From an uncultured Thermoplasmatales archaeon (lineage in GTDB: Archaea; Thermoplasmatota; E2; DHVEG-1), in NCBI GenBank assembly GCA_964636235.1, contig CAZWQV010000002.1:37607-101606 (forward strand): a stretch of 64,000 bases of DNA. Direction: 5' to 3'. Below are positions 37,856 to 48,310 of the stretch, in pieces. Within the stretch, counting starts at the first letter, position 1. Each line of letters begins with the position of its first letter. Both the position numbers and the translations under genes were made by a program. A model generated the notes under the pieces. The model was not told the DNA's origin. It made no database searches and was given only the letters and a program-made list of their open reading frames with translations.

Positions 37856-38058
37856 AAAAGAACAACTAAAACCACTCTGATAAAGAAGGATAATAAAAAA
37901 ATCCTGTTTTTTTTATTCTTTTTCTTTTAGTTTCAATTCGTTTACAATCAGATTTGCAATAAAAGGGTTAATTATTATAACAAAACAGGATATATTTAGG
38001 GATACTAAACTAGATTTTTGCTCATGATAAAAACATGAGTGAAAGATTGGAATCCCAT

Positions 38059-38565
38059 TTAACAGTCTGCTGAAAAAAAATCTTTGAGAATTTGCTTTAT
38101 TTGTGGTAATTCGGTATATTCTTTTAAGGTAAAATAAGGAACCTGTTCTTTGGTTATTCCTTGAATCATTGTCGAGAGTTTATTTGGCCAATAATCCGTT
38201 TGATATAAAGCAAGCACAGGAATTGTTGGTAAATTCATGCGAGATCGTAGATATGCATGAGCGATTTCAATGCCGGTTCCAAGACTTGGAGTTGATACTT
38301 CAAAAACTGCTGCGTCAATGTCCCCTTCGATTGCTCCAATCATTTTATTTCTTACATAGATCCGACGTTGCAATCCCTCTAGTGGCAGCTTTCCAATTGA
38401 TTGTTCTAATTTTTTAATGGCTTCCTCATATGTTTTACCGGTGGTATGTTCTGTAACAACTGTATTATCCATATGTTTTATAGCTTCAATAATGAATGCA
38501 TTTACTTCTGCCCTTTGTTTTCTATCCTGTGATCCTTGAATTGCGGATCCATAAAATATTTTCAT
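38059..38565 (-). CDS. hypothetical protein, nucleoside 2-deoxyribosyltransferase-like fold (tentative)
   Basis: 168 aa. The FYGSAIQG ... GTGIEIAHA pattern weakly resembles the Rossmann-like NDT/LOG superfamily. Confidence 0.3.
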   Translation of the reverse strand: MKIFYGSAIQGSQDRKQRAEVNAFIIEAIKHMDNTVVTEHTTGKTYEEAIKKLEQSIGKLPLEGLQRRIYVRNKMIGAIEGDIDAAVFEVSTPSLGTGIEIAHAYLRSRMNLPTIPVLALYQTDYWPNKLSTMIQGITKEQVPYFTLKEYTELPQIKQILKDFFSADC

Positions 38566-38591
38566 AAATGTACCACCAATTAAAAAGAAAA

Positions 38592-39383
38592 TTAATAAAG
38601 TTTCTTAATCTCCGATAATACACTTTTTTTCACATTTTCTTTTGTGAAATCTTCTAGATGACCGGGTACTGTTACAATAGGTATTCCCTTTAATTTTAGA
38701 TATTCTAATGCGGGTACTGTTTTATTCTTGAATTCCTGTAATCTAGATTTTATTTTTTCCTCAGTATCATCTGATCTTTGAATGACATCAACACCGCATT
38801 TCTCACATTTTCCATTAACCGGTGGTTTGTATGTTAAATGATAGACTTTCCCACATTTTGGACAAATTCTTCGTTGAACAGTTCTCTTAATTATCCGTTC
38901 ATCTGAGTTATCAACAAGAACAATAAAATCAATTTTAGATTTTTTCTCATCTAGTAAATTAAGTAAAAATTCAGCTTGATTTAATGTTCGTGGATATCCA
39001 TCAAGAACCTGATTTTTATAGTTCTTTTTAGCAAATGTTGATTCAAATAATGCATTGACAATACTATCGGGGCCAAATAATCCTTGATCGACAAAATATT
39101 TCGCCTTTAATCCAAGAATAATATCTTCATCATTTGTCCCAATTTTCTTCATAATTTCTTCATCAGAAATAAATTGTTTTTTCTCTTTATCATAAAATTC
39201 TGATAGATCATGAGGATAGCCAAATTGGTTAAAAAGTCCCAAATAATGGCGGAAGATATCACCAGTTGATAGTTGTTCAAGATTAAATTCATCAATTAGG
39301 ACATCAATTCTAGGTTGTTTTCCAGCACCACTTTTTCCAGTAACCATAACATTTGTAATTTTATGAGGAATTTTTTCTGACAT
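38592..39383 (-). CDS. adk: adenylate kinase, long bacterial/eukaryal type with zinc-binding LID
   Basis: P-loop VTGKSGAGKQP. LID with CPKCGKVYH...GKCEKCG and R...DD.EE.I..RL motifs. Start chosen at the internal Met (MSEKIPHK). Confidence 0.55.
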   Translation of the reverse strand: MSEKIPHKITNVMVTGKSGAGKQPRIDVLIDEFNLEQLSTGDIFRHYLGLFNQFGYPHDLSEFYDKEKKQFISDEEIMKKIGTNDEDIILGLKAKYFVDQGLFGPDSIVNALFESTFAKKNYKNQVLDGYPRTLNQAEFLLNLLDEKKSKIDFIVLVDNSDERIIKRTVQRRICPKCGKVYHLTYKPPVNGKCEKCGVDVIQRSDDTEEKIKSRLQEFKNKTVPALEYLKLKGIPIVTVPGHLEDFTKENVKKSVLSEIKKLY

Positions 39384-39462
39384 ACCTGGCGGTAATAAAA
39401 AAATACTATATAAATAATTCAGTTCAATCAATAAAATATGATTTATCAACAAGAAAATTAAG

Positions 39463-39909
39463 TTATGTTATAACTGATTCATATATAACATATGATTTCT
39501 TTTTCATGTCTAATGATTCATATACTTTTATTGCATTTTTGTTTTGCTCATGGACATATAATCGAAGTACTTTGACATTATTTTTTTTAGACAACTTTTG
39601 TATATATTCATAAAGAGATCGAAATACTCCTTGTTTTCGAAAAGCCGGATCAACATAAACACTTTGGATCCACCAAATGGTTGTATTTCTCCAATCACTC
39701 CACTCATAAGTGATCATTAGTTGACCAATAATCCTATTATTTTCTTTGATAAGTAAATAGAATCCCTTTTCTGGATTATTAATAAGGTTTTTAACAGCAT
39801 CCAATGCAATGAATTCTGATAAAGAAATTTTTTCTGATTCAAAAGCCATGGCAATATTATTTTTTGCAATATCCTCTGCATCAGATAAAGTCGCTTTTAT
39901 GATATTCAT
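39463..39909 (-). CDS. GNAT family N-acetyltransferase
   Basis: GNAT motifs A and B (IWWIQSVYVDPAFRKQGVFRSLY). Confidence 0.7.
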   Translation of the reverse strand: MNIIKATLSDAEDIAKNNIAMAFESEKISLSEFIALDAVKNLINNPEKGFYLLIKENNRIIGQLMITYEWSDWRNTTIWWIQSVYVDPAFRKQGVFRSLYEYIQKLSKKNNVKVLRLYVHEQNKNAIKVYESLDMKKKSYVIYESVIT

Positions 39910-39943
39910 GATATCATCTAGAATAATTCATTATTTTAATTGG

Positions 39944-40516
39944 TTAATAATTTAAAACCTCGTGAGCAAGTAATTTATCTTTTATCGTATTTGCTGTTTC
40001 TTCTCCTTTTAAATATTCAACTAATTTCAAAGCAAAAGGAATACTTGTGGCAGGACCTTTACTGGTTATTATATGGTCATCTACAACAACAATTTCATTG
40101 GTAATAGTACCACCATATTTTGTTATTTCAGATTCTAATCCTGGATAAATTGTTGCTCTTCTTCCCTTTAGAATATTTGCTTTTGCTAAAACTGATGGAG
40201 AGGCACATATTGCACCAATTAATTTCTTTGCTTGATTTGCTTTTTCTAAAAGGGTTAGTACTTTTTTGTTTTTGCCTAAATTAATGTATCCTGGAGCACC
40301 ACCTGGTAGAAATACTCCATCATAATCCAATATATTGATATTTTCTAGAATGGTATCTGTTTTAATTATAACATTATGAGCACCAGTTACCAGATCCTCT
40401 TCAACACCGACCATATCAACCTGAATATCTGCTCTTCTAAGAATATCAACAATAGTCAATCCTTCGATTTCTTCAAAACCTTTTATAAATAGTACTGCTG
40501 CCTTCATCACATTCAT
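39944..40516 (-). CDS. DJ-1/PfpI family protein
   Basis: Nucleophile-elbow motif AICASP and the overall class I glutamine amidotransferase-like pattern. Confidence 0.75.
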   Translation of the reverse strand: MNVMKAAVLFIKGFEEIEGLTIVDILRRADIQVDMVGVEEDLVTGAHNVIIKTDTILENINILDYDGVFLPGGAPGYINLGKNKKVLTLLEKANQAKKLIGAICASPSVLAKANILKGRRATIYPGLESEITKYGGTITNEIVVVDDHIITSKGPATSIPFALKLVEYLKGEETANTIKDKLLAHEVLNY

Positions 40517-40816
40517 TCACCTTATTTTTTTTATATTTGATGAAATTTGAGATCTCATCTAATAGGGAAATACTATATGGTTACTTATTTTTCTTTCGTA
40601 TAAAAATATATACTTAAAAGAACAATGAGTGCACTCATTAGCCCCAATGGTAATGCACAGAACAATGAAAAAGCAATCGTCGTTCGTAATAGTTCAGCCG
40701 CTATAATTGTAACTAAAATAAACACAACTATAGAAAAGATGATAGCAATTAATATGGGATATTTTCTAAAATTCATTAAGAAATGATAAAAAAAATGAGA
40801 AAAAGAATGTTTTGGT

Positions 40817-41185
40817 TTAAATTTTTGAATGCGAAAATCCTGTGCAGATACCTGCAACTTGGACAACACCTATCTGGCCAGGTTCACTCATATACATTAA
40901 ATTGCTTGGTTTAAATCTCACTTCTTTCAAGCCCATTAATACACCTGAGTCTTTTATAATAAGTCCACGATCATAATATGCAAGAACAATTGCTTTACCT
41001 TGCACATAGTTGCCGACTTCTTTTGGATTTAACAATAATCCCGCGATAAATGTTATACCAATAAGAGACTGTGGCTCTGCAATATCACTTTGTATCATTA
41101 CTTCAGTACTTGCTTGGCTTACTGCAAGTGGTATTGAAGTAAATAATAGCATACACAGGAATCCTGCGATATATATTTTTTTCAT
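40817..41185 (-). CDS. hypothetical secreted protein
   Basis: N-terminal signal peptide; no recognisable domain. Confidence 0.3.
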   Translation of the reverse strand: MKKIYIAGFLCMLLFTSIPLAVSQASTEVMIQSDIAEPQSLIGITFIAGLLLNPKEVGNYVQGKAIVLAYYDRGLIIKDSGVLMGLKEVRFKPSNLMYMSEPGQIGVVQVAGICTGFSHSKI

Positions 41186-41375
41186 TCTGTCACCTCGTTA
41201 GGTTTATTATATAGTTGTTTTCATATTTTAATAACTTTTCCCTCAAATTATAGTATTTTTATAAAATATCAATAATTTTATTAAAGATTTTTTATTCAAT
41301 CTAGGTTTGCTTTGGAACAATACCAAATGTTAATACTTATGGTATTTCTATCTGATAAAATAGTGTTGATAAGGT

Positions 41376-41807
41376 ATGTTTTTAAGCAATTTTAATAATA
41401 CGGAAGTAATGAAAGGATCATACATTCTTCTTATGCAGTTAGATTCAGATTTAGAAATAAATATTGGTAGAATTGGTACTATTTCTTTTAAGAAGGGTTA
41501 TTATGCGTACGTTGGGTCAGGGTTAAACAGTCTTGATTCAAGAATAAAAAGGCATCTAAAATCTGAAAAAAAGATACATTGGCATATTGATTATTTTTTA
41601 CTTGATGCAAAAATATCTGATGTTTATTATAAGGAAGGAAATAAAAGAGAAGAATGTGATTTGGCCACTTATCTTTCATCTAATTTTTCATCAATTCCCG
41701 ATTTTGGATGTAGTGACTGTAAATGTTCAAGTCATTTATTTTATGGAACTTATGATGATTTTCTTGCATGCATGGATGATATAAAATTAACTCGATTTAT
41801 TAAATAA
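41376..41807 (+). CDS. DUF123 / GIY-YIG (Uri superfamily, COG1833) nuclease-like protein
   Basis: Motif GYYAYVGSG...L..RI.RH characteristic of the archaeal DUF123 GIY-YIG family. The true start is probably the internal Met (MKGSYILL). Confidence 0.45.
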   Translation: MFLSNFNNTEVMKGSYILLMQLDSDLEINIGRIGTISFKKGYYAYVGSGLNSLDSRIKRHLKSEKKIHWHIDYFLLDAKISDVYYKEGNKREECDLATYLSSNFSSIPDFGCSDCKCSSHLFYGTYDDFLACMDDIKLTRFIK

Positions 41808-41838
41808 AATTATATAAGCTTCTATGTAATTCAATTTC

Positions 41839-42162
41839 ATGGGAAATCATATGTTTACTGTGGTCTATAGCACAATTGATGATTTAATAGATGCTAGAAA
41901 GATTGCCCATACATTGGTTGAGGAACAACTGGTCGCTTGTGTAAATGTCATTCCGAATATTGAATCAATTTACAAATGGAAAGGCAAAGTTGAATATGCC
42001 TCTGAAGTGATTTTGATAGCAAAAACAGTTGAAGATAATGTGATAAAAACAATCAGAAGAATCAAAGAATTACACTCATATGAAGTACCTGATATTATTG
42101 TTCTTCCGATTGTTGGGGGGCATAAAGAATACTTGGAATATATAAAACGAGAGACAGAATGA
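41839..42162 (+). CDS. cutA: divalent-cation tolerance protein CutA
   Basis: CutA1 family pattern and length (VVYST.D....A..IA..LVEE.LVACVN..P...SIY.WKG). Confidence 0.8.
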   Translation: MGNHMFTVVYSTIDDLIDARKIAHTLVEEQLVACVNVIPNIESIYKWKGKVEYASEVILIAKTVEDNVIKTIRRIKELHSYEVPDIIVLPIVGGHKEYLEYIKRETE

Positions 42163-42785
42163 ACATAATAGCTTTGCTTTCAAGTGGAATCGATTCACCC
42201 GTTGCAGTCTATCTTTTATCAAATTATATCGATGAAATCATTTTCGTGCATGCTGATGGAAGGCCTTATACCGATGACAAAGAAATTCAAAATTTTATTA
42301 CATTGGCTGATCAGTTACAGACAATTATCCATAATAAGACGAGACGATGTGTATTATCCCATGGAAAGGCACTTGAAGCATATAAGACTAGCAATAATCA
42401 CCCTCGATTTACCTGTATTTTTTGTAAACGAATGATGGTCCGTTATGCAAACGAGCTAGCGAAACGATACAATGCTCATGCTATTGTTATGGGTGATTCA
42501 TTGGGGCAGGTGGCCTCGCAAACGCTTTCTAATATACAAGTTATCGATGATGTTTCAACAATACCTATTCTTCGTCCTTTAATAGGGTATGATAAAGAAG
42601 AGATTGTACAAATAGCAAAAGATATCGGCACGTATGATCTTTCAATTCTTGATTCAATTGGTTGTACTGCAGTTCCTCAAAAACCCGCTACAAGAGCGCA
42701 ACAATCACAGCTTAATTCAATTGAATCGATAATGGAAATTGATTCTTTAATCTACGATGTTGTTGATAATTTAATATGGATTTAG
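42159..42785 (+). CDS. ThiI-like PP-loop ATPase domain protein (tRNA 4-thiouridine/thiamine sulfur-transfer family, no THUMP domain)
   Basis: PP-loop LSSGIDSPVA and a conserved CIFCKR cysteine region. Confidence 0.5.
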   Translation: MNIIALLSSGIDSPVAVYLLSNYIDEIIFVHADGRPYTDDKEIQNFITLADQLQTIIHNKTRRCVLSHGKALEAYKTSNNHPRFTCIFCKRMMVRYANELAKRYNAHAIVMGDSLGQVASQTLSNIQVIDDVSTIPILRPLIGYDKEEIVQIAKDIGTYDLSILDSIGCTAVPQKPATRAQQSQLNSIESIMEIDSLIYDVVDNLIWI

Positions 42786-43010
42786 GAAAAATATTATTGC
42801 ATATTTTAGGAAATTTAGCGATTTTGTTATGATATTGTTTTTTTAATAATTTATAATTTTTATGAACTAAAAATAATACTTTCAATGACAATTTAGATGC
42901 ATTTATATAACATTTTTTTTATTGTGGTTACTCCCAATTTATGAGAATAAATTGGACCATAAAAGTGGGTCATTTTTAGGTATATAGAAAACTTTAATAA
43001 GTACCAATTG

Positions 43011-43067
43011 CATACTATATAATGTATGAGATGTATGAAAAAATACAACATCTTGTATATATTGTGA
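43011..43067. promoter_or_regulatory. Two AT-rich quasi-palindromes upstream of nrdR-nrdDG; candidate NrdR boxes
   Basis: CATACtatataatGTATG at 43011-43028 and cTTGTATATATTGTGa at 43052-43067 (centres 40 bp apart). Both loosely resemble the bacterial NrdR-box consensus acaCwAtATaTwGtgt. A direct repeat TGTATGA x2 also occurs. Confidence 0.3.
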
Positions 43068-43082
43068 GGATAGTGAATAGGG

Positions 43083-43541
43083 ATGCAATGTCCATATTGT
43101 GATCATGAAAACACAAAAGTCACTGACTCTCGAGATACTGGAGTTTATTCAATTCGGAGGCGTCGTGAGTGTCTTAATTGTCGACGACGGTTTACCACGT
43201 ATGAACATATTGAGCTAAGCCCTATTTATGTCATTAAAAAAGACGGAAAACGCGAACCATACGACAAACAGAAAATTAAAAAAGGTGTGATGAAAGCTCT
43301 TGAAAAACGGCCAATATCTCAAGAACAAATTGAAACAGTTCTTGAGAATATTGAAGAAAAAATACGGCGTGCCGGTCAAGAAGAAATTCAAAGTAATATA
43401 ATTGGAGAATATGTAATGAACGAACTCAAAGAGCTGGATCAAGTCGCATATATTCGATTTGCATCAGTATATAGATCATTTGCTGACATCACATTCTTCG
43501 AAGAAGAAGTAAAAAAACTAACAAAACAACCTTTAAAATGA
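43083..43541 (+). CDS. nrdR: transcriptional repressor NrdR (zinc ribbon + ATP-cone)
   Basis: N-terminus MQCPYCDHENTKVTDSRDTGVYSIRRRRECLNCRRRFTTYE matches the NrdR zinc-ribbon signature; an ATP-cone follows. Confidence 0.85.
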   Translation: MQCPYCDHENTKVTDSRDTGVYSIRRRRECLNCRRRFTTYEHIELSPIYVIKKDGKREPYDKQKIKKGVMKALEKRPISQEQIETVLENIEEKIRRAGQEEIQSNIIGEYVMNELKELDQVAYIRFASVYRSFADITFFEEEVKKLTKQPLK

Positions 43542-43555
43542 GGAGAGATAAATAA

Positions 43556-45742
43556 ATGATTCGAAAAATAAGAAAAAGAGATGGAAAAATAGATGATTTC
43601 AATCCATTCCGTATAACAAATGCTATTTGGAAAGCAGCACAAGCAGTGGGTGGAAAAGATCATCGGCGTGCAACAGAGATAACTGATAGAGTTATTGAGG
43701 AGATCGAAAAAAATAAAAAACCAGGTGAAATCCCCTCTGTTGAATTAGTCCAAGATCTTGTAGAAAAGATCCTCATTGAAGGGGGGCATGCAAAAACAGC
43801 GAAAGCCTATATTCTTTATAGAAAACAACATGAAGAAATCCGTGAAATAGGTGGTTTATTAAAAGATATAGATGTTGTTGATGGATATCTATCTATGATG
43901 GATTGGAAGGTAAATGAAAACAGTAATATGAGTTACTCTCTTCAAGGATTAAATGTTTATGCTACAGAAAACATCATTTCACATTATTGGTTAAATAAGA
44001 TTTACCCACCAGAGATTGGTGACGCTCATACAAATGGTGATTTTCATATCCATGATTTAGGAACGCTAGGAGCTTATTGTGTAGGATGGGATTTACAGGA
44101 TATTCTACTAAAAGGATTTTGTGGTGTTTCTGGAAAAATAGAAAGCAATCCTGCAAAACACTTTGGAACAGCACTGATGCAAATTGTTAATTATTTGTAT
44201 ACGCTCCAGGGGGAAGCGGCGGGTGCACAAGCATTATCCAATTTTGATACCCTTCTGGCACCATTCATCCGCCATGATGATTTATCATATGAAGAAGTTA
44301 AACAAGAAATGCAGAAATTCTTGTATAATATGAACGTTCCAACTAGAGTTGGTTTTCAAAGTCCATTTACCAATATAACCATGGATTTAACCGTTCCAGA
44401 ATACATGGCAGAAGAGCCAGTTATTATTGGCGGAGAACTCATGGATACCAAGTATAAAGAATATACCAAAGAAATGAACATGATTAATGAGGCATTTGCA
44501 GAAATTATGATCGCAGGTGATGCAAAGGGAAGGCCCTTTACGTTTCCAATTCCAACCTATAATATCACCAAGGACTTTGATTGGGATACTGAAAAACTTG
44601 ACTCATTATGGGAAATGACTGCAAAGTACGGTATTCCTTACTTTAGTAATTTTATCAATAGTGATATGAAACCAGATGATGCCCGTTCTATGTGTTGCAG
44701 ACTTCGTCTTGATAACAGAGAATTACGGAAAAGAGGTGGCGGCCTGTTTGGTGCTAATCCAAAAACAGGATCCATAGGTGTTGTAACTATTAATCTACCT
44801 CGTATTGGTTATTTAGCACAAAATGAAGAGGATTTTCTCGATCGATTAGATGAAATATTGGATCTAGCCAAAGAAAGCCTTATAATAAAAAGAGAGGTCA
44901 TTGAAAATCTTACCGCAAGTGGTCTTCATCCCTATTCTAAATATTATCTTTCAGATGTAAAAGAAACCTATGGACAATACTGGAAAAATCATTTTTCAAC
45001 CATTGGAATCATTGGTATGAACGATGCCATGCTTAATTTCATGAATAAAAGTATTGCAGATCCGAAAGGAAAAGCATTTTCTGAAAAAGTAATGGATCAC
45101 ATTCGAGAAAAAATGCTAGCCTATCAAGAGGAAACAGGAGACATATTCAATTTAGAAGCAACTCCTGCAGAAGGAGCAACATATCGATTGGCACGAATTG
45201 ATAAGAAACGTTATCCTGATATACGCATGTATAATCAAGAGTTTTATCGTGGCAAAATAGGTGGAGAAATCGAACCATATTACACAAACTCAACTCAGCT
45301 ACCCGTTGGTTTTACCACTGATGTATTTAAAGCACTTGATTTACAAGATTCACTGCAAACAAAATATACTGGCGGAACGGTTCTTCATATATTTTTAGGT
45401 GAAAATAATCCAAATCCACAATCAGTCAAACAATTAGTGAAAAAAATAGCTGAAAACTATCATTTACCATACTATACCATTACTCCAACCTTTAGTATCT
45501 GTCCGGAACATGATTATATCGCTGGGGAGCATGAACTCTGCCCACTCTGTGAAAAGGATGGAAAAACCACCTCCTGTGAAGTATATTCCCGTGTTGTTGG
45601 CTATTTGCGGCCGGTTAATCAATGGAACAAAGGTAAACAAAGAGAATTTAATGATCGAACTGTTTTCACTCCATTCAATGATGAAACACTGGAATCTGGG
45701 AGAAAATTAAGCGAGGAAAAAGAAATCGTGGTTTCCACATGA
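43556..45742 (+). CDS. nrdD: anaerobic ribonucleoside-triphosphate reductase (class III) NrdD
   Basis: N-terminal ATP-cone; C-terminal Zn site C...CPLC...C; glycyl-radical motif SRVVGYLRP. Confidence 0.9.
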   Translation: MIRKIRKRDGKIDDFNPFRITNAIWKAAQAVGGKDHRRATEITDRVIEEIEKNKKPGEIPSVELVQDLVEKILIEGGHAKTAKAYILYRKQHEEIREIGGLLKDIDVVDGYLSMMDWKVNENSNMSYSLQGLNVYATENIISHYWLNKIYPPEIGDAHTNGDFHIHDLGTLGAYCVGWDLQDILLKGFCGVSGKIESNPAKHFGTALMQIVNYLYTLQGEAAGAQALSNFDTLLAPFIRHDDLSYEEVKQEMQKFLYNMNVPTRVGFQSPFTNITMDLTVPEYMAEEPVIIGGELMDTKYKEYTKEMNMINEAFAEIMIAGDAKGRPFTFPIPTYNITKDFDWDTEKLDSLWEMTAKYGIPYFSNFINSDMKPDDARSMCCRLRLDNRELRKRGGGLFGANPKTGSIGVVTINLPRIGYLAQNEEDFLDRLDEILDLAKESLIIKREVIENLTASGLHPYSKYYLSDVKETYGQYWKNHFSTIGIIGMNDAMLNFMNKSIADPKGKAFSEKVMDHIREKMLAYQEETGDIFNLEATPAEGATYRLARIDKKRYPDIRMYNQEFYRGKIGGEIEPYYTNSTQLPVGFTTDVFKALDLQDSLQTKYTGGTVLHIFLGENNPNPQSVKQLVKKIAENYHLPYYTITPTFSICPEHDYIAGEHELCPLCEKDGKTTSCEVYSRVVGYLRPVNQWNKGKQREFNDRTVFTPFNDETLESGRKLSEEKEIVVST

Positions 45743-46431
45743 AGATAGGAGGATTTCAAGAAATCTCGCTTCTTGATTACCCTGGAAAAATTGCTACAAT
45801 TATATGGACAACGGGATGTAATTTTCGTTGTCCATTCTGTTACAACAGGGATCTTGTACTTGATCAAACTGAGCTGATTCCTGTTGATGTTATTTTTTCC
45901 TTTTTAGATGAAAGAAATGGTAAAATTGATGCAGTTTCCATTTCAGGTGGGGAACCATTTTTACAAAAAGATTTATATGATTTTGTCTCAACCATAAAGC
46001 ACAAAGGATTTCTGGTAAAGATTGATACAAACGGCTCATTTCCAAAAAAATTAGAACAAATGATAGATGATGGATTAATAGATTATGTTTCCATGGATGT
46101 GAAAGCACCAAAAAGCTCGTATGAAAAAGTAACAAACACTTCAGTCAATATAGAAAACATTGATTCATCAATACATATAATAAGGAAGAAAGCACCAGAT
46201 TATGAATTTAAAACAACCGTTATCCCACGATTTCACAAGGAGGAAGATATTATCAGAATTGCTCAATGGATAAAAGGGTCAAAAAAGTACTATCTTCAAC
46301 AGTTCAAACATGAATCAACACTTCTTTCTGAAATATTTAAACAAGAGAAATCATATACAAAAGAAGAATTAGAAATGATGTGTCAGAAGATTAATCCATT
46401 TTTTGATACTTGCAAGGTAAGAGGAATATAA
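45739..46431 (+). CDS. nrdG: anaerobic ribonucleotide reductase activating protein NrdG (radical SAM)
   Basis: CxxxCxxC motif CNFRCPFC and family-typical length. Overlaps nrdD by 4 nt. Confidence 0.85.
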   Translation: MKIGGFQEISLLDYPGKIATIIWTTGCNFRCPFCYNRDLVLDQTELIPVDVIFSFLDERNGKIDAVSISGGEPFLQKDLYDFVSTIKHKGFLVKIDTNGSFPKKLEQMIDDGLIDYVSMDVKAPKSSYEKVTNTSVNIENIDSSIHIIRKKAPDYEFKTTVIPRFHKEEDIIRIAQWIKGSKKYYLQQFKHESTLLSEIFKQEKSYTKEELEMMCQKINPFFDTCKVRGI

Positions 46432-46883
46432 TGGTTTCACATGAAATAATTGAAGAAATAAGTGTTGTACAAACATATATGCAAGATCATGACGTGTTTG
46501 CAGTTATCCACCATCAAAGAAAACCAATTGGGTTCATAAAAGAAAATGATTTCGTTTCATTTTTCAATCTCATAAAAGATGCAGACAGTGATTATTTTGA
46601 CTGCTATATTGGAATAAAATATCTTGGTAAACCAGAGGCATTGCTCTGCAGATACATAGAAGCGAAAGGAGTTTTTATTCACAAAGGAACCATGAAGGGA
46701 ATCGCCACACTCATTGTTGGAAACATCCCCCATCAAATCGAAATGCTTGTCAAACAGGGTATTGAAACAACTGAGAATCAAAATGAACAGTTAAGAGAAA
46801 GCATAATGCATGTTGATGATCCAACAAAAGCATATGATATATTAAACCAAAAGATATTACAGATGACAATACATTCAGGATAA
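46431..46883 (+). CDS. hypothetical protein
   Basis: ORF overlapping the nrdG stop (taATGg). No confident domain; possibly CBS-like. Confidence 0.3.
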   Translation: MVSHEIIEEISVVQTYMQDHDVFAVIHHQRKPIGFIKENDFVSFFNLIKDADSDYFDCYIGIKYLGKPEALLCRYIEAKGVFIHKGTMKGIATLIVGNIPHQIEMLVKQGIETTENQNEQLRESIMHVDDPTKAYDILNQKILQMTIHSG

Positions 46884-46907
46884 AAGTATCTAACTATGTG
46901 ATATGTT

Positions 46908-47831
46908 ATGGATTACGAACTTGCGATCATTGGAGCAGGCCCTGCAGGTTGTTCAGCTGGTATTTATGCAGTAAGAGCAGGCATTAAAGCGACAATTTTT
47001 GATACCGGTGCGGGTGGAGGTCTTGCATCTATTGCTCCAAATATTGAGAATTATGCTGGTTTTCAAAGTATTACCGGGGCCGAACTAACTGAGAAAATGA
47101 AACAGCATGCAGCACAATATGCTGAATTCCATTTTTATGAACAAGTAATTGATATCGAAAAAAAAGATAAACAATTCATCATAAAGACAAGTGAAGAAAA
47201 AACATATACTGCTGGGGCAATCCTGCTTGCAATGGGAACGGAACATAGAAGATTAAACGTTCCTGGTGCAGATACGTTAATTGGGAAAGGAGTTAGTTAT
47301 TGTGCTACTTGTGATGGATTCTTTTTTAAAGACAAAAAAGTAGCGGTTGTGGGCGGGGGTAATTCTGCCCTCATTGAAGCAATTTATTTAAAACAAATCG
47401 GCTGTAAAAAAGTATATTTAATTCACAGAAGAGATCAACTCAGAGCAGAAGAAGCATATGAAAAGGATGCCAAAGATGCTGGAGTAGAATTTATTCTCGA
47501 TCATGTTGTTGAAGAAATTAAGGGAACAGAAAAAGTAGAATCCCTTATTTTGAAAAATAATGCTGATCAATCAACAAAGAATGTCAATGTTGATGGTATT
47601 TTTATTTCCATTGGCGTTATTCCACAAAATGAACTTGCCAAAAAATTACAGGTTGAATTGTGTGAAACTGGTTATATTAATGTTGATAAACAAATGAGAA
47701 CAAATATAAAAGGAGTATATGCAGCAGGCGATATTCGTGGAGGTCTTAGGCAAATTATCACTGCTGCAGCTGATGGCGCGATTGCAGCGTTGACTTCTAC
47801 TGAAGTGCTAGGAAAACAGTATCCCTATTAG
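46908..47831 (+). CDS. trxB: thioredoxin-disulfide reductase (TrxB-like FAD/NAD(P) oxidoreductase)
   Basis: FAD motif GAGPAGCSAG; redox-active CATCDG; NAD(P) motif VVGGGNSA. Confidence 0.8.
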   Translation: MDYELAIIGAGPAGCSAGIYAVRAGIKATIFDTGAGGGLASIAPNIENYAGFQSITGAELTEKMKQHAAQYAEFHFYEQVIDIEKKDKQFIIKTSEEKTYTAGAILLAMGTEHRRLNVPGADTLIGKGVSYCATCDGFFFKDKKVAVVGGGNSALIEAIYLKQIGCKKVYLIHRRDQLRAEEAYEKDAKDAGVEFILDHVVEEIKGTEKVESLILKNNADQSTKNVNVDGIFISIGVIPQNELAKKLQVELCETGYINVDKQMRTNIKGVYAAGDIRGGLRQIITAAADGAIAALTSTEVLGKQYPY

Positions 47832-47872
47832 ATTTTTTTGTTCATTCAAAATAATTAAATCATATCAAAGCT

Positions 47873-48301
47873 ATGATGAAGTTGATGGTTGAACAAATTT
47901 CTTTTAAAAAAATAGACAATTGGATTATTTCTGAGATCGTTGAATTATACAAAGCAGGTGGATGGTGGAAGGAGACCTATGATCCCTCCCATCTTCCTGA
48001 CTTAATAAAAGGAAGTTTTATTTTTATTTTAGCAATTGATGATAAAACTGGAAATGCAGTTGGCATGGGAAGAGTTATTTCGGACGGTATTTCGGATGGA
48101 TACATTCAGGATGTGGTCGTATTGCCATCCTATAGAAAGAAAGGAATCGGAAAAAAAATTATCAATGAATTAATCGACTTTTGTACCGCAAAAGGAGTAA
48201 CTTGGGTTGCTCTTATCAGTGAACCTGGACAGAGTGGGTTTTATAAACCTCTTGGTTTTAACGAAATGAAACAATACGTTCCGATGAAATATGACCTGTG
48301 A
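47873..48301 (+). CDS. GNAT family N-acetyltransferase
   Basis: GNAT core (VVLPSYRKKGIGKKII). Confidence 0.6.
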   Translation: MMKLMVEQISFKKIDNWIISEIVELYKAGGWWKETYDPSHLPDLIKGSFIFILAIDDKTGNAVGMGRVISDGISDGYIQDVVVLPSYRKKGIGKKIINELIDFCTAKGVTWVALISEPGQSGFYKPLGFNEMKQYVPMKYDL

Positions 48302-48310
48302 TTTGATTTT

